Assembly: GCA_965262915.1 (NCBI GenBank)
Contig: OZ253564.1
Coordinates: forward strand, 4,736,001 to 4,800,000
Source: Candidatus Spongiisociaceae bacterium
GTDB taxonomy: Bacteria; Actinomycetota; Acidimicrobiia; Spongiisociales; Spongiisociaceae
Length of the DNA: 64,000 bases
Direction: 5' to 3'
In this document: in pieces, positions 21,724 through 30,404 of the stretch
How positions within the stretch are numbered: the stretch's first letter is position 1
Layout of the letters: each line of letters starts with the position of its first letter
Translations under genes and position numbers: made by a program
Notes under the pieces: model-generated
Database searches by the model: none
Told to the model about the DNA's origin: nothing
What the model saw: the letters and a program-made list of their open reading frames with translations, nothing else

Positions 21724-21840
21724 ACCCCCATCGTGGCAGATCCGACCGTCCGTATCCGCCGCAGGTCGCCGGCTTCGACGGAACCGCTCGACCCCGACCC
21801 CGGGACGGATATGCATCCTCGCTCAAGCTATCGCCTCCCG

Positions 21841-22058
21841 AGGGGGTTGACACTGTCACAGGGTTGCCGCATAGTTAGTGGTGCCAAACACCCGCGCGGT
21901 TTCGAAACGGACGTCCTTCGACCGCCCGAGGGATCAAGAATCGGGGAACCGGACACCCCGCTCCCGGCGGGCACGACGCGCTCCGAGCCCAGGAAAGGTG
22001 GCGGCGGGGGTGGGCCCGGTCCAGTGGAAGGCGGCGGGGATTTTCGCGATCTGATACC
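21841..22058 (+). repeat. 218-bp promoter-bearing element, copy 2
   Basis: Colinear with 14237-14454; TTGACA-N17-CATAGT; 20-bp identical block at 21985-22004. Confidence 0.85.
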
Positions 22059-22094
22059 ACCGATAAGCCGCTGCGGTTCGGTTAGCCGCTTGGT

Positions 22095-23471
22095 TCACCG
22101 CCGCAGAAGTTGATAAGCGGTCTCTCCGGCCCAGGATCGGCGGCCGGTCCTGAACTCCTTGCGATCAGCCCAGCCCATCACGGCCCGGGTACCCCGGATA
22201 CCCAGCCACCGCAGGGGTTCCGGCTCCCATGGACGGGACTCGAGCCCCACCCAGGCGAGACTGACCAACTCGGAATCCGCGCCGGTAATCAGATCGGCCA
22301 GGGTACGGCCCGCCAGATTGGAGGGAGCGACCCCCTCACCGACGTAGCCTCCCGCGGTTCCGAACCCGCGGTCCCGGTCGAAGCGCACCGACGGAGTCCA
22401 GTTGCGGGGAGCGCCGAGCACGCCGCCCCATCGGTGGGTGATATCGGCATCGGCCAGCACGGGGAAGATCTCCACCAGCACCTCCCGGATCAGATCGTGG
22501 GACCGCAGGTCTCTCTCCGTGGCCGGACTGATGCGGGAGCCGTACCGGTAAGGCACGACCCGGCCCCCGAAAGCGATCCGCCCGTCGGCGGTCCGCTGCC
22601 CGTAGATCACGGCGTAACGATCGTCGGCGAACGTCGGGCGGGTGTCGAGCCCGATCTCGGCCAAGGTGCCCTCGTCGAGCGGTTCGGTGGCGATCATCAA
22701 CGAGTACAGGGGGACGAGGGTCCGGCGCTGCCCCGGCAGATCACGGGTGTAGGCCTCCGTGGCCCGGATCACCACCGGCGCGGCGACAGTACCTCCGCTA
22801 GTGGAGACGCCACACTCATCCAGTGCCGTCGCGGCCGTCTGTTCGACTATCCGGACCCCACGGCGCTCCACGGCCGTGGCCAGGCCCCGCACCAGGCGAG
22901 CCGGGTCGACCGCCGCACACGGCTCGTAGAAAATGCCCCCGTACAGGTCTGTGGGCCGGGCGTACTTCCGAACCTGGTCCGGACCGAGCAGCCGGATGAT
23001 GTCCTCGCCGATCCCGTGGGCCCGGTGATGCTCGACCTCGGCCACCTGGCGACGAGCCTGGGCCCGGTTGCGGGCGAAGCGGATCACTCCCCCCTTGGCA
23101 AACCCGCACTCGATGGACTCGGTGCCGATCACCCTTGCTATCTCGTCGACCGAACCGTGCACATAGTCCACGAGCCGCCGAGCCGCGGCATGGCTCGAGC
23201 GGCGGGCGTAACCGGCGATGTCGGCAGCCAGTTCCCCGACGACCCACCCTCCGTTCCGGCCGGAAGCCCCGAACCCACAGATCTCACGCTCGATCACCAT
23301 GATGGACAGGGACGGGTCACGCTCGGTCAGGTAGTAGGCCGTCCACAGGCCGGTGAAACCGCCCCCCACGATGGCCACGTCCACCTCGCTGTCACCGTCG
23401 AGAGGGGGGCGGGGTTCGAGGTCACCCGGAAAGGTCGCCAGCCACAGCGACAGGCTCGAGTAGTCAGGCAC
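22095..23471 (-). CDS. FAD-dependent oxidoreductase (DAO/PuuB-like)
   Basis: IVGGGFTGLW.AY, GASGRNGG, WEPEPLRW. Confidence 0.88.
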   Translation of the reverse strand: MPDYSSLSLWLATFPGDLEPRPPLDGDSEVDVAIVGGGFTGLWTAYYLTERDPSLSIMVIEREICGFGASGRNGGWVVGELAADIAGYARRSSHAAARRLVDYVHGSVDEIARVIGTESIECGFAKGGVIRFARNRAQARRQVAEVEHHRAHGIGEDIIRLLGPDQVRKYARPTDLYGGIFYEPCAAVDPARLVRGLATAVERRGVRIVEQTAATALDECGVSTSGGTVAAPVVIRATEAYTRDLPGQRRTLVPLYSLMIATEPLDEGTLAEIGLDTRPTFADDRYAVIYGQRTADGRIAFGGRVVPYRYGSRISPATERDLRSHDLIREVLVEIFPVLADADITHRWGGVLGAPRNWTPSVRFDRDRGFGTAGGYVGEGVAPSNLAGRTLADLITGADSELVSLAWVGLESRPWEPEPLRWLGIRGTRAVMGWADRKEFRTGRRSWAGETAYQLLRR

Positions 23472-23494
23472 CGGCCGGAGTATATGATCCGGCT

Positions 23495-24112
23495 GTGAAT
23501 AGCAGGCTGTGCTATCGCAACATCGAGAGCCGCTGGGCCGAAGCCCTGGAGGCACTGGAACTGAGGGCTTTTCCCAACGTCGACCCCGCCGACCTCTATT
23601 GCGCCGCTGAGTTGAGGGACCTGACCGAGGCGTTCCCGGAGGGGAACTTCGTCGTCCTGGACGGCGACGAGCCGATCGCCATGGGACTCGGCGTGAGGGT
23701 CGACTTCGACCTGGAACGGCCCCAGCACAGGCTCAAGGACCTCATGGCACAAGGAGGCAGGGCGGGACACGATCCCGACGGGGAGTGGTACTACGGAACC
23801 GACGTCTCGGTCGATCCCCGCTACCGCCGACGGGGAATCGGCAGCCGTCTCTATGACCTACGCAAGGGAGTGTGCTGCGACCTGGGTCTGCGAGGCATCA
23901 TTGCCGGCGGGGTGATCCCCGGCTACGCAGACCACAAGGCCTCTATGAGCGCAGCGCAGTACGTGGAGAGGGTCGCCGCAGGCGAACTCTACGACCCCAC
24001 GCTCACCTTCCAGGTCAGGAACGGCTTCGAGGTGCGGGGCGTGCTGGAGAACTACATGCACGACCCGACCGTCGACAACTGCGCATCGTTGATCGTCTGG
24101 CCCAACCGGTAG
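23495..24112 (+). CDS. GNAT acetyltransferase (YkwB-like)
   Basis: V.P.YRRRGIGSRLY..RK, DPTLTFQ..NGF. Confidence 0.85.
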   Translation: MNSRLCYRNIESRWAEALEALELRAFPNVDPADLYCAAELRDLTEAFPEGNFVVLDGDEPIAMGLGVRVDFDLERPQHRLKDLMAQGGRAGHDPDGEWYYGTDVSVDPRYRRRGIGSRLYDLRKGVCCDLGLRGIIAGGVIPGYADHKASMSAAQYVERVAAGELYDPTLTFQVRNGFEVRGVLENYMHDPTVDNCASLIVWPNR

Positions 24113-24167
24113 TCCAACCAATGGCCGTCGAGACAGATCCGGCAGGGCCGCGGAACACAGCCGCAGG

Positions 24168-24407
24168 TTGTTCGAGGCGCTCCGCCAGAACGACAACATC
24201 CCCACCGAGGAGTGGCTGACGAGGAGACTGTGGGGCTTCTCATCAGAGCCGCCCTTCCTCCACCCCGGCCGGGCAACCCTCATATCGGAAGCCATCCTGA
24301 TGCACGGAGGCGAGGCGCAGACCCAGCGAGACTCGTTCGAACACCTGTCTGCCGGCGATGAGGCCGCCCTGCTCGAGTTCCTGCTAACCCTCCAGATCAA
24401 ACTCTGA
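24168..24407 (+). pseudogene. C-terminal remnant of a di-heme oxidoreductase (DHOR/thiol oxidoreductase) family gene
   Basis: LWG...PFLH.GRA..I.EAILMHGGEA...R..F..L...D..AL..FL.TL; heme-binding N-terminal part absent. Confidence 0.7.
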
Positions 24408-24446
24408 AGACCTCTCGGTCCATGCGAAGCTCGATGGCAGTTAGAA

Positions 24447-24501
24447 GATTCGACAGTATACTAGTGTTATAGCTGCCTCAGCATAATTATACTGTCGAAT
24501 C
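24447..24501. promoter_or_regulatory. 14-bp perfect inverted repeat, probable operator of the HTH-hipA operon
   Basis: GATTCGACAGTATA-N27-TATACTGTCGAATC ending at the HTH start codon. Confidence 0.7.
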
Positions 24502-24828
24502 GTGAGAGGCCCAAGCACATACTCACCCGCGACGATGGAGGCCCTGAGGCTACTCGGGAACCGGGTGCGGCTGGCTCGCCGTCGGCGCCGATGGACGATC
24601 GTCGAGCTCGCGGAGCGGGTGGGGGTATCTCCGGTGACGATCCGCAAGGTCGAGCTGGGCGAACCGACGGTAGCCCTCGGAACTGCGTTCGAGGCAGCCG
24701 CGCTGGTGGGAGTCACGCTGTTCCACCACGACCCGGCCAGGAGAGGGCTCGAAGCCGAGTACGTCCGCGCCGAACTCGCCGTGCTGCCGACCGCGGTCCG
24801 TCGCGGCCCCGTCGACGACGACTTCTGA
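24502..24828 (+). CDS. XRE HTH protein, HipB-like antitoxin
   Basis: ELAERVGVS..TIRKVE.G; directly upstream of hipA. Confidence 0.88.
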   Translation: MRGPSTYSPATMEALRLLGNRVRLARRRRRWTIVELAERVGVSPVTIRKVELGEPTVALGTAFEAAALVGVTLFHHDPARRGLEAEYVRAELAVLPTAVRRGPVDDDF

Positions 24829-24829
24829 G

Positions 24830-26059
24830 ATGACATCGAAACCTCGGAGAGCGTTCGTGTGGGTGTGGCTGCCGGGAGCAGCCGAACCGGTAGTTGCCGG
24901 GAAACTCACCGACAGGGGCTCTGTCATCACGTTCACCTATGGCCGTAGCTACCTTGGTCGGACCGGTGCCGTGCCGTTGTATCTTCCGGAGTTGCCGCTG
25001 CGGAGAGGGGAGATCAACCCGATATCGGGAGATGTAGCGGGATGTATTGCCGACGCGGGACCCGACGCTTGGGGGAGACGCGTAATCGAGCACGGCCGCA
25101 CGGTCAAGACCACCGACTCGGGAACGCTCGATTACCTGCTCGAGTCCGGATCCGACCGGATCGGTGCCTTCGACTTCCAGGAATCCGCCACGGATTACAC
25201 GCCTCGCGTCGGCGACTTGGTGCCGCTCGCCGAACTGGCCGAGGTCTCCGACCGTGTCGAGAGAGGCATACCGCTCACATCCGCGCTCGGCCGCGCCCTT
25301 CTCCACGGCACCTCGGTGGGCGGCGCCCGACCCAAGGCGGTCCTGGCCGACGGCACTCGGCGGATGATCGCCAAGTTCGCCTCGGTAACCGACACGTATC
25401 CTGTCGTCAAAGCCGAGTACGTCGCCATGAAACTGGCGTCCTGCGCAGCTGTCGATACGGCGCGCGTCGAACTCGACGAAGCGCTCGGCAAAGCTGTCCT
25501 CCTCGTCGACCGGTTCGACCGCACAACGACGGGGGAACGGCGGATGATGGTGTCTGCACTCACCATCCTGCAGCTGCATGACGCCTTCGGAATGGCAGGT
25601 CACTACGCCACCTACACGGACATCGCCCACCAGATCCGCTCACGATTCACCAACCCCGATGCGACCCTACGCGAGCTCTTCTCCCGCATCACCTTCAACA
25701 TCCTCGTCGGCAACACCGACGACCGCCCCAGAAACCACACGGCGTTCTCGGACGGCGCCAACCTCACGCTCACCCCCGCCTACGACATTGCTCCGCAACC
25801 GCGAACCGGCGGCGAGGCGGCACAGGCGATGGCCTTCGGCGCCGACGGCGACCGGCTCAGCCAAGTCGCCCGCTGCATCACGCACGCCCCCACCTACCAC
25901 CTCACCACCGGACAGGCGCGAGAGATTGTCGACCACCAGATAGCGGTGATCCACAGCGAGTGGGAAGCCGTGTGCGACCGAGCCGCCATGACCCAGGCCG
26001 ACCGCAATCGTCTCTGGGGCCGCCAGTTCCTCAACCCCTACGCGCTGTACGGCTACTGA
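24830..26059 (+). CDS. hipA: HipA family kinase toxin
   Basis: DAGPDAWGR, GTSVGGARPK, RFDR, GNTDDRPRNH, LTPAYDI. Confidence 0.9.
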   Translation: MTSKPRRAFVWVWLPGAAEPVVAGKLTDRGSVITFTYGRSYLGRTGAVPLYLPELPLRRGEINPISGDVAGCIADAGPDAWGRRVIEHGRTVKTTDSGTLDYLLESGSDRIGAFDFQESATDYTPRVGDLVPLAELAEVSDRVERGIPLTSALGRALLHGTSVGGARPKAVLADGTRRMIAKFASVTDTYPVVKAEYVAMKLASCAAVDTARVELDEALGKAVLLVDRFDRTTTGERRMMVSALTILQLHDAFGMAGHYATYTDIAHQIRSRFTNPDATLRELFSRITFNILVGNTDDRPRNHTAFSDGANLTLTPAYDIAPQPRTGGEAAQAMAFGADGDRLSQVARCITHAPTYHLTTGQAREIVDHQIAVIHSEWEAVCDRAAMTQADRNRLWGRQFLNPYALYGY

Positions 26060-26085
26060 CCCTCTCGACGACTCGTGGGGAATGT

Positions 26086-26586
26086 TCAGCCGAGGGCGGC
26101 CAGTGCCGCGTCGTAGTCCGGCTCGTCGACGATCTCCGGCACGAGGTGCGAGTACAGGACCGTGCCGTCAGCGTCGATGACCACCACAGCCCTGGCACAC
26201 AAGCCTTCGAGGGGCCCGTCGACGATGCCCACGCCGTAGTCGTCCATGAACTCCCGGTTGCGGAACACCGAGCCCGTGATGGCGTCGTCTATACCCTCGG
26301 TGTCGCAGAACCTGCCGGCCGCGAAGGGCAGGTCTGCCGAGACACACACGACGGTGGTGTTGTCGAGTCCGGCGGCCCGTTCGTTGAAGGCGCGCACACT
26401 CGCCGCGCAGGTCCCCGTGTCCACCGAGGGGAAGATGTTGAGCACCACCCGGCCACCGGCGAGTTCCTCGGACGAGACGGATCCAAGATCCCTGGTCGTC
26501 AGGGTGAAGGCGGGCGCTGCCCCGCCGACCGCGGGCAGATCGCCGCTTGTGTTGACGAGATCGCCCTTGAGTGCCGTCCGTGCCAT
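26086..26586 (-). CDS. tpx: Thiol peroxidase
   Basis: NIFPSVDTGTC, SADLPFA..RFC, EPDY. Confidence 0.95.
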   Translation of the reverse strand: MARTALKGDLVNTSGDLPAVGGAAPAFTLTTRDLGSVSSEELAGGRVVLNIFPSVDTGTCAASVRAFNERAAGLDNTTVVCVSADLPFAAGRFCDTEGIDDAITGSVFRNREFMDDYGVGIVDGPLEGLCARAVVVIDADGTVLYSHLVPEIVDEPDYDAALAALG

Positions 26587-26697
26587 GCCTCTCTCCTTCG
26601 AATTGCCGCTGTCAGACGCCGGTGAACTCTACGTCCGGCGCCGGAACGCCGGCCGGCGGGCCGACCCGTCCAGGTTAGCCGTGCCGCCCGAGACGGG

Positions 26698-27930
26698 TCA
26701 TGCCTCGAGGTGGGCAGTGACGTTATAGGTGGCTAGCGCCGGGTTGCCATCGGGCGCTATGACCACCTGGGTGACCGAGGTGTTGCCAAGCGATCCGATC
26801 AGTCGGGCCTTGCGGAATCCGAACCCGAAAATCGATCCCGCGTAGGCCCGGATGGCGCCGCCGTGGGACGCGACCGCTACCCGCTGTCCGGGGTGGGTGC
26901 CGTGCAGGGTGTTGAGGAATCCGGCTACCCGATGCTGGACATCGGCCCACGTCTCCCCGGTATGGCCCCGGCGTATGTCGTTCCCGTCACCCGGATATCC
27001 AGCGAGTTTCCCGGCGGCCTCCAGTTCCTCCCACATCTCCCCCTCCCATTCGCCGAGGCTGATCTCGATCAGGTCGTCGATCGGAATGGCCGACCGCCCG
27101 AAGACAATTTCCGCGGTGTTCATCGCCCTGCCCAGCGAGGACGAGTAAAGCTCGTCGACCTCTCCGATCCAGCCCTTCAGTCGGCGGGCCTGGGCGCGGC
27201 CTTTGGGGTGGAGCCCCTCGTCGCGCTGCCCCTGGACCCGACGTTCCAGGTTGGCGTAGGTGACTCCGTGGCGGATCAGGTCGATCACTACCGCCCCCTG
27301 CGTGCGCATGTTCGCAGCCCAGTGACCGACCGGACCGAGATGGGCGGCGTCGTTGTAGCGCCGGAGAGCCGGACCGTAGCTCTCGAACGTCAACTCGCAG
27401 AACGCGGTATTGGTGAGGAACCCGAGCCTGCGCCGTCCGGCGGGGAGTTCCAGAAGGCGCCAGAGTACCGACCCGATCAGGCCCCCATGGGTCACGACCA
27501 GGGCGGTCTCACCGTCGTCGAGCCGGGCCACCAGATCCTCGAGGGCCTCACATCCCCGGTCGGCCACCTGTCCGGGTGACTCGCCGGTCACCCCCATCCG
27601 CATGTCGTAGTCCCAGTGGAGACGTTCTATCTCCTTGGCGTAGCGCTCGACGGCCACCTTCTTGCCGAGACCCTCCCACTCACCTATGTCCCCCTCTCGC
27701 CACAGGAACCGCCGCCGGGGTTCGAACCCGGCCAGCAGGGCGGTATCGATGGAACGTTCCAGATCCGACGATTCGACGATCGCGAACCGTCGACCGGCCA
27801 GCCTCGCTCCTGCCTGCTTGGCTTGGAGCCGCCCGTTCGACGTCATGGGGCTGGACCCGGCGCCTTGGAAGAGACGGCGGGCGTTGGCCTCGGACTCGCC
27901 ATGGCGCATCAGGATCACATGTTTCGCCAA
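26698..27930 (-). CDS. Tandem two-domain histidine phosphatase
   Basis: Two RHG and two HGG motifs. Confidence 0.9.
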   Translation of the reverse strand: MAKHVILMRHGESEANARRLFQGAGSSPMTSNGRLQAKQAGARLAGRRFAIVESSDLERSIDTALLAGFEPRRRFLWREGDIGEWEGLGKKVAVERYAKEIERLHWDYDMRMGVTGESPGQVADRGCEALEDLVARLDDGETALVVTHGGLIGSVLWRLLELPAGRRRLGFLTNTAFCELTFESYGPALRRYNDAAHLGPVGHWAANMRTQGAVVIDLIRHGVTYANLERRVQGQRDEGLHPKGRAQARRLKGWIGEVDELYSSSLGRAMNTAEIVFGRSAIPIDDLIEISLGEWEGEMWEELEAAGKLAGYPGDGNDIRRGHTGETWADVQHRVAGFLNTLHGTHPGQRVAVASHGGAIRAYAGSIFGFGFRKARLIGSLGNTSVTQVVIAPDGNPALATYNVTAHLEA

Positions 27931-28015
27931 GCTATCCCTCCTGCCGGACGTCGTCTTGGATCGCGATCCGTCAACCTAACCGATCCGCCTACCTATGGGA
28001 GAAGCAGGCGGACCA

Positions 28016-30079
28016 CTACACGAAAGCCGCGGCAAAGATCAGCGAAACGATCGTCATCACCTTGATGACGATGTTCATCGCCGGACCCGCGGTGTCCTTG
28101 AAGGGGTCACCCACGGTGTCGCCGATGATTGCGGCCTTGTGCTGATCGGAGCCCTTGCCCCCGAAGGCGCCCGATTCGATCAGCTTCTTGGCGTTGTCCC
28201 AGGCTCCTCCGGCGTTGGCCATGAAGATGGCCAGCAGGAACCCGGTGACCAGCGCCCCCGCCAGCAGCCCTCCCAGCGCCTCCACATCCACGAACCCCAC
28301 CACCAGGGGCAGGGCCACGGCCAGGGACCCGGGAATGACCATCGCCCGCAGGGCGGATCCGGTGGCGATGTCGACCGCCTTGGCGTACTCGGGCTTGGCG
28401 TTCGGATCCCCCGCCAGCAACCCGGGAATCTCGCGGAACTGGCGCCGCACCTCCTCGATCATCCGGAAGGCCGCCCGTCCCACCGCGTTGATGGTCAAGG
28501 CCGCGAACAGGAACGGGAACATCCCGCCGAGGAACAGGCCGACGATGGTGCCCACGTTGGTTATGTCTATCGAGTCCAGCCCCACCGCCTGGGTGAACGC
28601 CGCGAACAAGGCCAGGGCGGTGATCGCCGCCGAGGCGATGGCGAAACCCTTGCCCAAGGCAGCTGTGGTGTTGCCCAGGGCGTCCAACTCGTCGGTGGCT
28701 TCCCGGACCTCCGGGGGCAGATGGGCCATCTCGGCTATCCCGCCGGCGTTGTCGGCAATCGGGCCGTAGGCGTCGACCGCCACGGTGATCCCAAGGGTGG
28801 ATAGTACCCCGATAGCGGCGATGGCCACCCCGTAGATCCCGCCGCCGTCACCGATCGCCCAGTCGCCCGCCGCGTAGGCGCCTGCGATCCCTGCCGCCAC
28901 CACGATGACCGAGAAGGCGGCCGACCGCATCCCCTCGGCGATTCCCGAGAGCACCACCATGGCGGGACCGGTCTCGGCCTGCCGGGCGATCTTCTTCACG
29001 GTCTTGTAGTGATCCGACGTGAAGACCTCCGAGATCTTGCCCACCGCGAGGCCCACCAAGAGGCCGACCAGCACCGCCAAGGCTATACCGAAGGGGTTCT
29101 CGACGCCGTCGGCGCCTCCGAAGATCACGTTGGTGAGTATCAGGGTGCCGATGACGGTCAGGATCACCGCCACGTTGTTGCCCCGGTGCAGCGCCTTGGC
29201 CAGGTTGTCCCCGGTCACCCGTACGAAGAACGACCCGATGATGGCCGCCAGCATCCCGACCGCCGCCACCGCCAGCGGGAACACGATGGCCTCCACCAGG
29301 AACGAGGAGGAGGCGAAGACGATGGCGGCGTAGGCGATCGGCGCCACGATCGAGCCCACGTAGGACTCGAAAAGGTCGGCACCCATACCTGCCACGTCGC
29401 CCACGTTGTCGCCCACGTTGTCGGCGATGACTGCCGGGTTTCGGGGATCGTCCTCCGGGATCCCCGCTTCGACCTTGCCGACCAGGTCGGCCCCCACGTC
29501 GGCCGCCTTGGTGTAGATGCCACCCCCGACCCGGGCGAACAGGGCGATCGAGGACCCCCCGAGTCCGATGGCGGCGATGATGTTGTACTGGTCGGCGTCG
29601 GCGATGTCGAGCACGTTCACGAACAGCAGGTATCCGATCGCCACGCCCAGTAGACCCAGCCCGGCCACGCTGAAACCCATGACCGCGCCGCCCCGGAAAG
29701 CCACCGGCAAGGCCCGCCTGACGCCACCCAGCCGGGCCGCCTCGGTCGTGCGGGAGTTGGCGGCGGTGGCGATCCTCATACCCACGAACCCGGCCCCGGC
29801 CGAGAGCACCGCGCCGAAGATAAAGGCGATGGACCCCCACGGCGCGCCCCACGGAAGGACCACCGAGATCAGGATCGCCAGGACGACGACGAAGACCGCC
29901 ACCCATGTGTACTCCCGCTTCATGAAGGCGTTGGCGCCCTCACGGATTGCTGCTGAGATCTCCCGCATCCGGTCGTTTCCAGGATCGGCGGCCAGCACGA
30001 CCCTGGCGTAGTAGGCGGCCAGGACTAGAGCCGCCAACCCGGCTAGCAGCGCGATCACCAATACGGCGTCTGATGACAT
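28016..30079 (-). CDS. hppA: Membrane pyrophosphatase, K+-dependent type, probably Na+-translocating
   Basis: DVGADLVGKVE, DNVGDNVGD, DLFESY, GNTTAA. Confidence 0.93.
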   Translation of the reverse strand: MSSDAVLVIALLAGLAALVLAAYYARVVLAADPGNDRMREISAAIREGANAFMKREYTWVAVFVVVLAILISVVLPWGAPWGSIAFIFGAVLSAGAGFVGMRIATAANSRTTEAARLGGVRRALPVAFRGGAVMGFSVAGLGLLGVAIGYLLFVNVLDIADADQYNIIAAIGLGGSSIALFARVGGGIYTKAADVGADLVGKVEAGIPEDDPRNPAVIADNVGDNVGDVAGMGADLFESYVGSIVAPIAYAAIVFASSSFLVEAIVFPLAVAAVGMLAAIIGSFFVRVTGDNLAKALHRGNNVAVILTVIGTLILTNVIFGGADGVENPFGIALAVLVGLLVGLAVGKISEVFTSDHYKTVKKIARQAETGPAMVVLSGIAEGMRSAAFSVIVVAAGIAGAYAAGDWAIGDGGGIYGVAIAAIGVLSTLGITVAVDAYGPIADNAGGIAEMAHLPPEVREATDELDALGNTTAALGKGFAIASAAITALALFAAFTQAVGLDSIDITNVGTIVGLFLGGMFPFLFAALTINAVGRAAFRMIEEVRRQFREIPGLLAGDPNAKPEYAKAVDIATGSALRAMVIPGSLAVALPLVVGFVDVEALGGLLAGALVTGFLLAIFMANAGGAWDNAKKLIESGAFGGKGSDQHKAAIIGDTVGDPFKDTAGPAMNIVIKVMTIVSLIFAAAFV

Positions 30080-30126
30080 GGTTGGAACCTTCTTCCGTGG
30101 AGCGGGTGACCCGAGTATATGGCGCG

Positions 30127-30404
30127 TGCCAGGTGCCAGGTGCCAGGTGTCAGGAGTCAGGTGCCGGTTGCCAGGTGCCAGGTGTTAGGTGCCAGATGCC
30201 AGATGACCGTTCGGGCGACGGGACAGCGCGCGGAATGCCGTGGGCCCTCCCAGCAGGTCAGTAAGCATGGAGCAGCGACCAAGTACCGAACCGGCAAGAG
30301 ACGACACAACTCGAAAACACCGACAACCCTCCAGTCCCACCAGCCACCACTAACACCAAGCACCTAAGACCTAACACCTGAAACAGGTGCCAGGTGTCAG
30401 GTGC
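30127..30404. repeat. Degenerate heptamer (TGCCAGG) tandem repeats in both orientations
   Basis: 11 units at 30127-30203; inverted units about 30340-30382; forward units about 30384-30404. Confidence 0.9.

Noticed and set aside
30127-30404. CRISPR or guide-RNA array
   Set aside because: Units are 7-bp contiguous repeats with no spacers; no cas or Nop-domain gene in the window.
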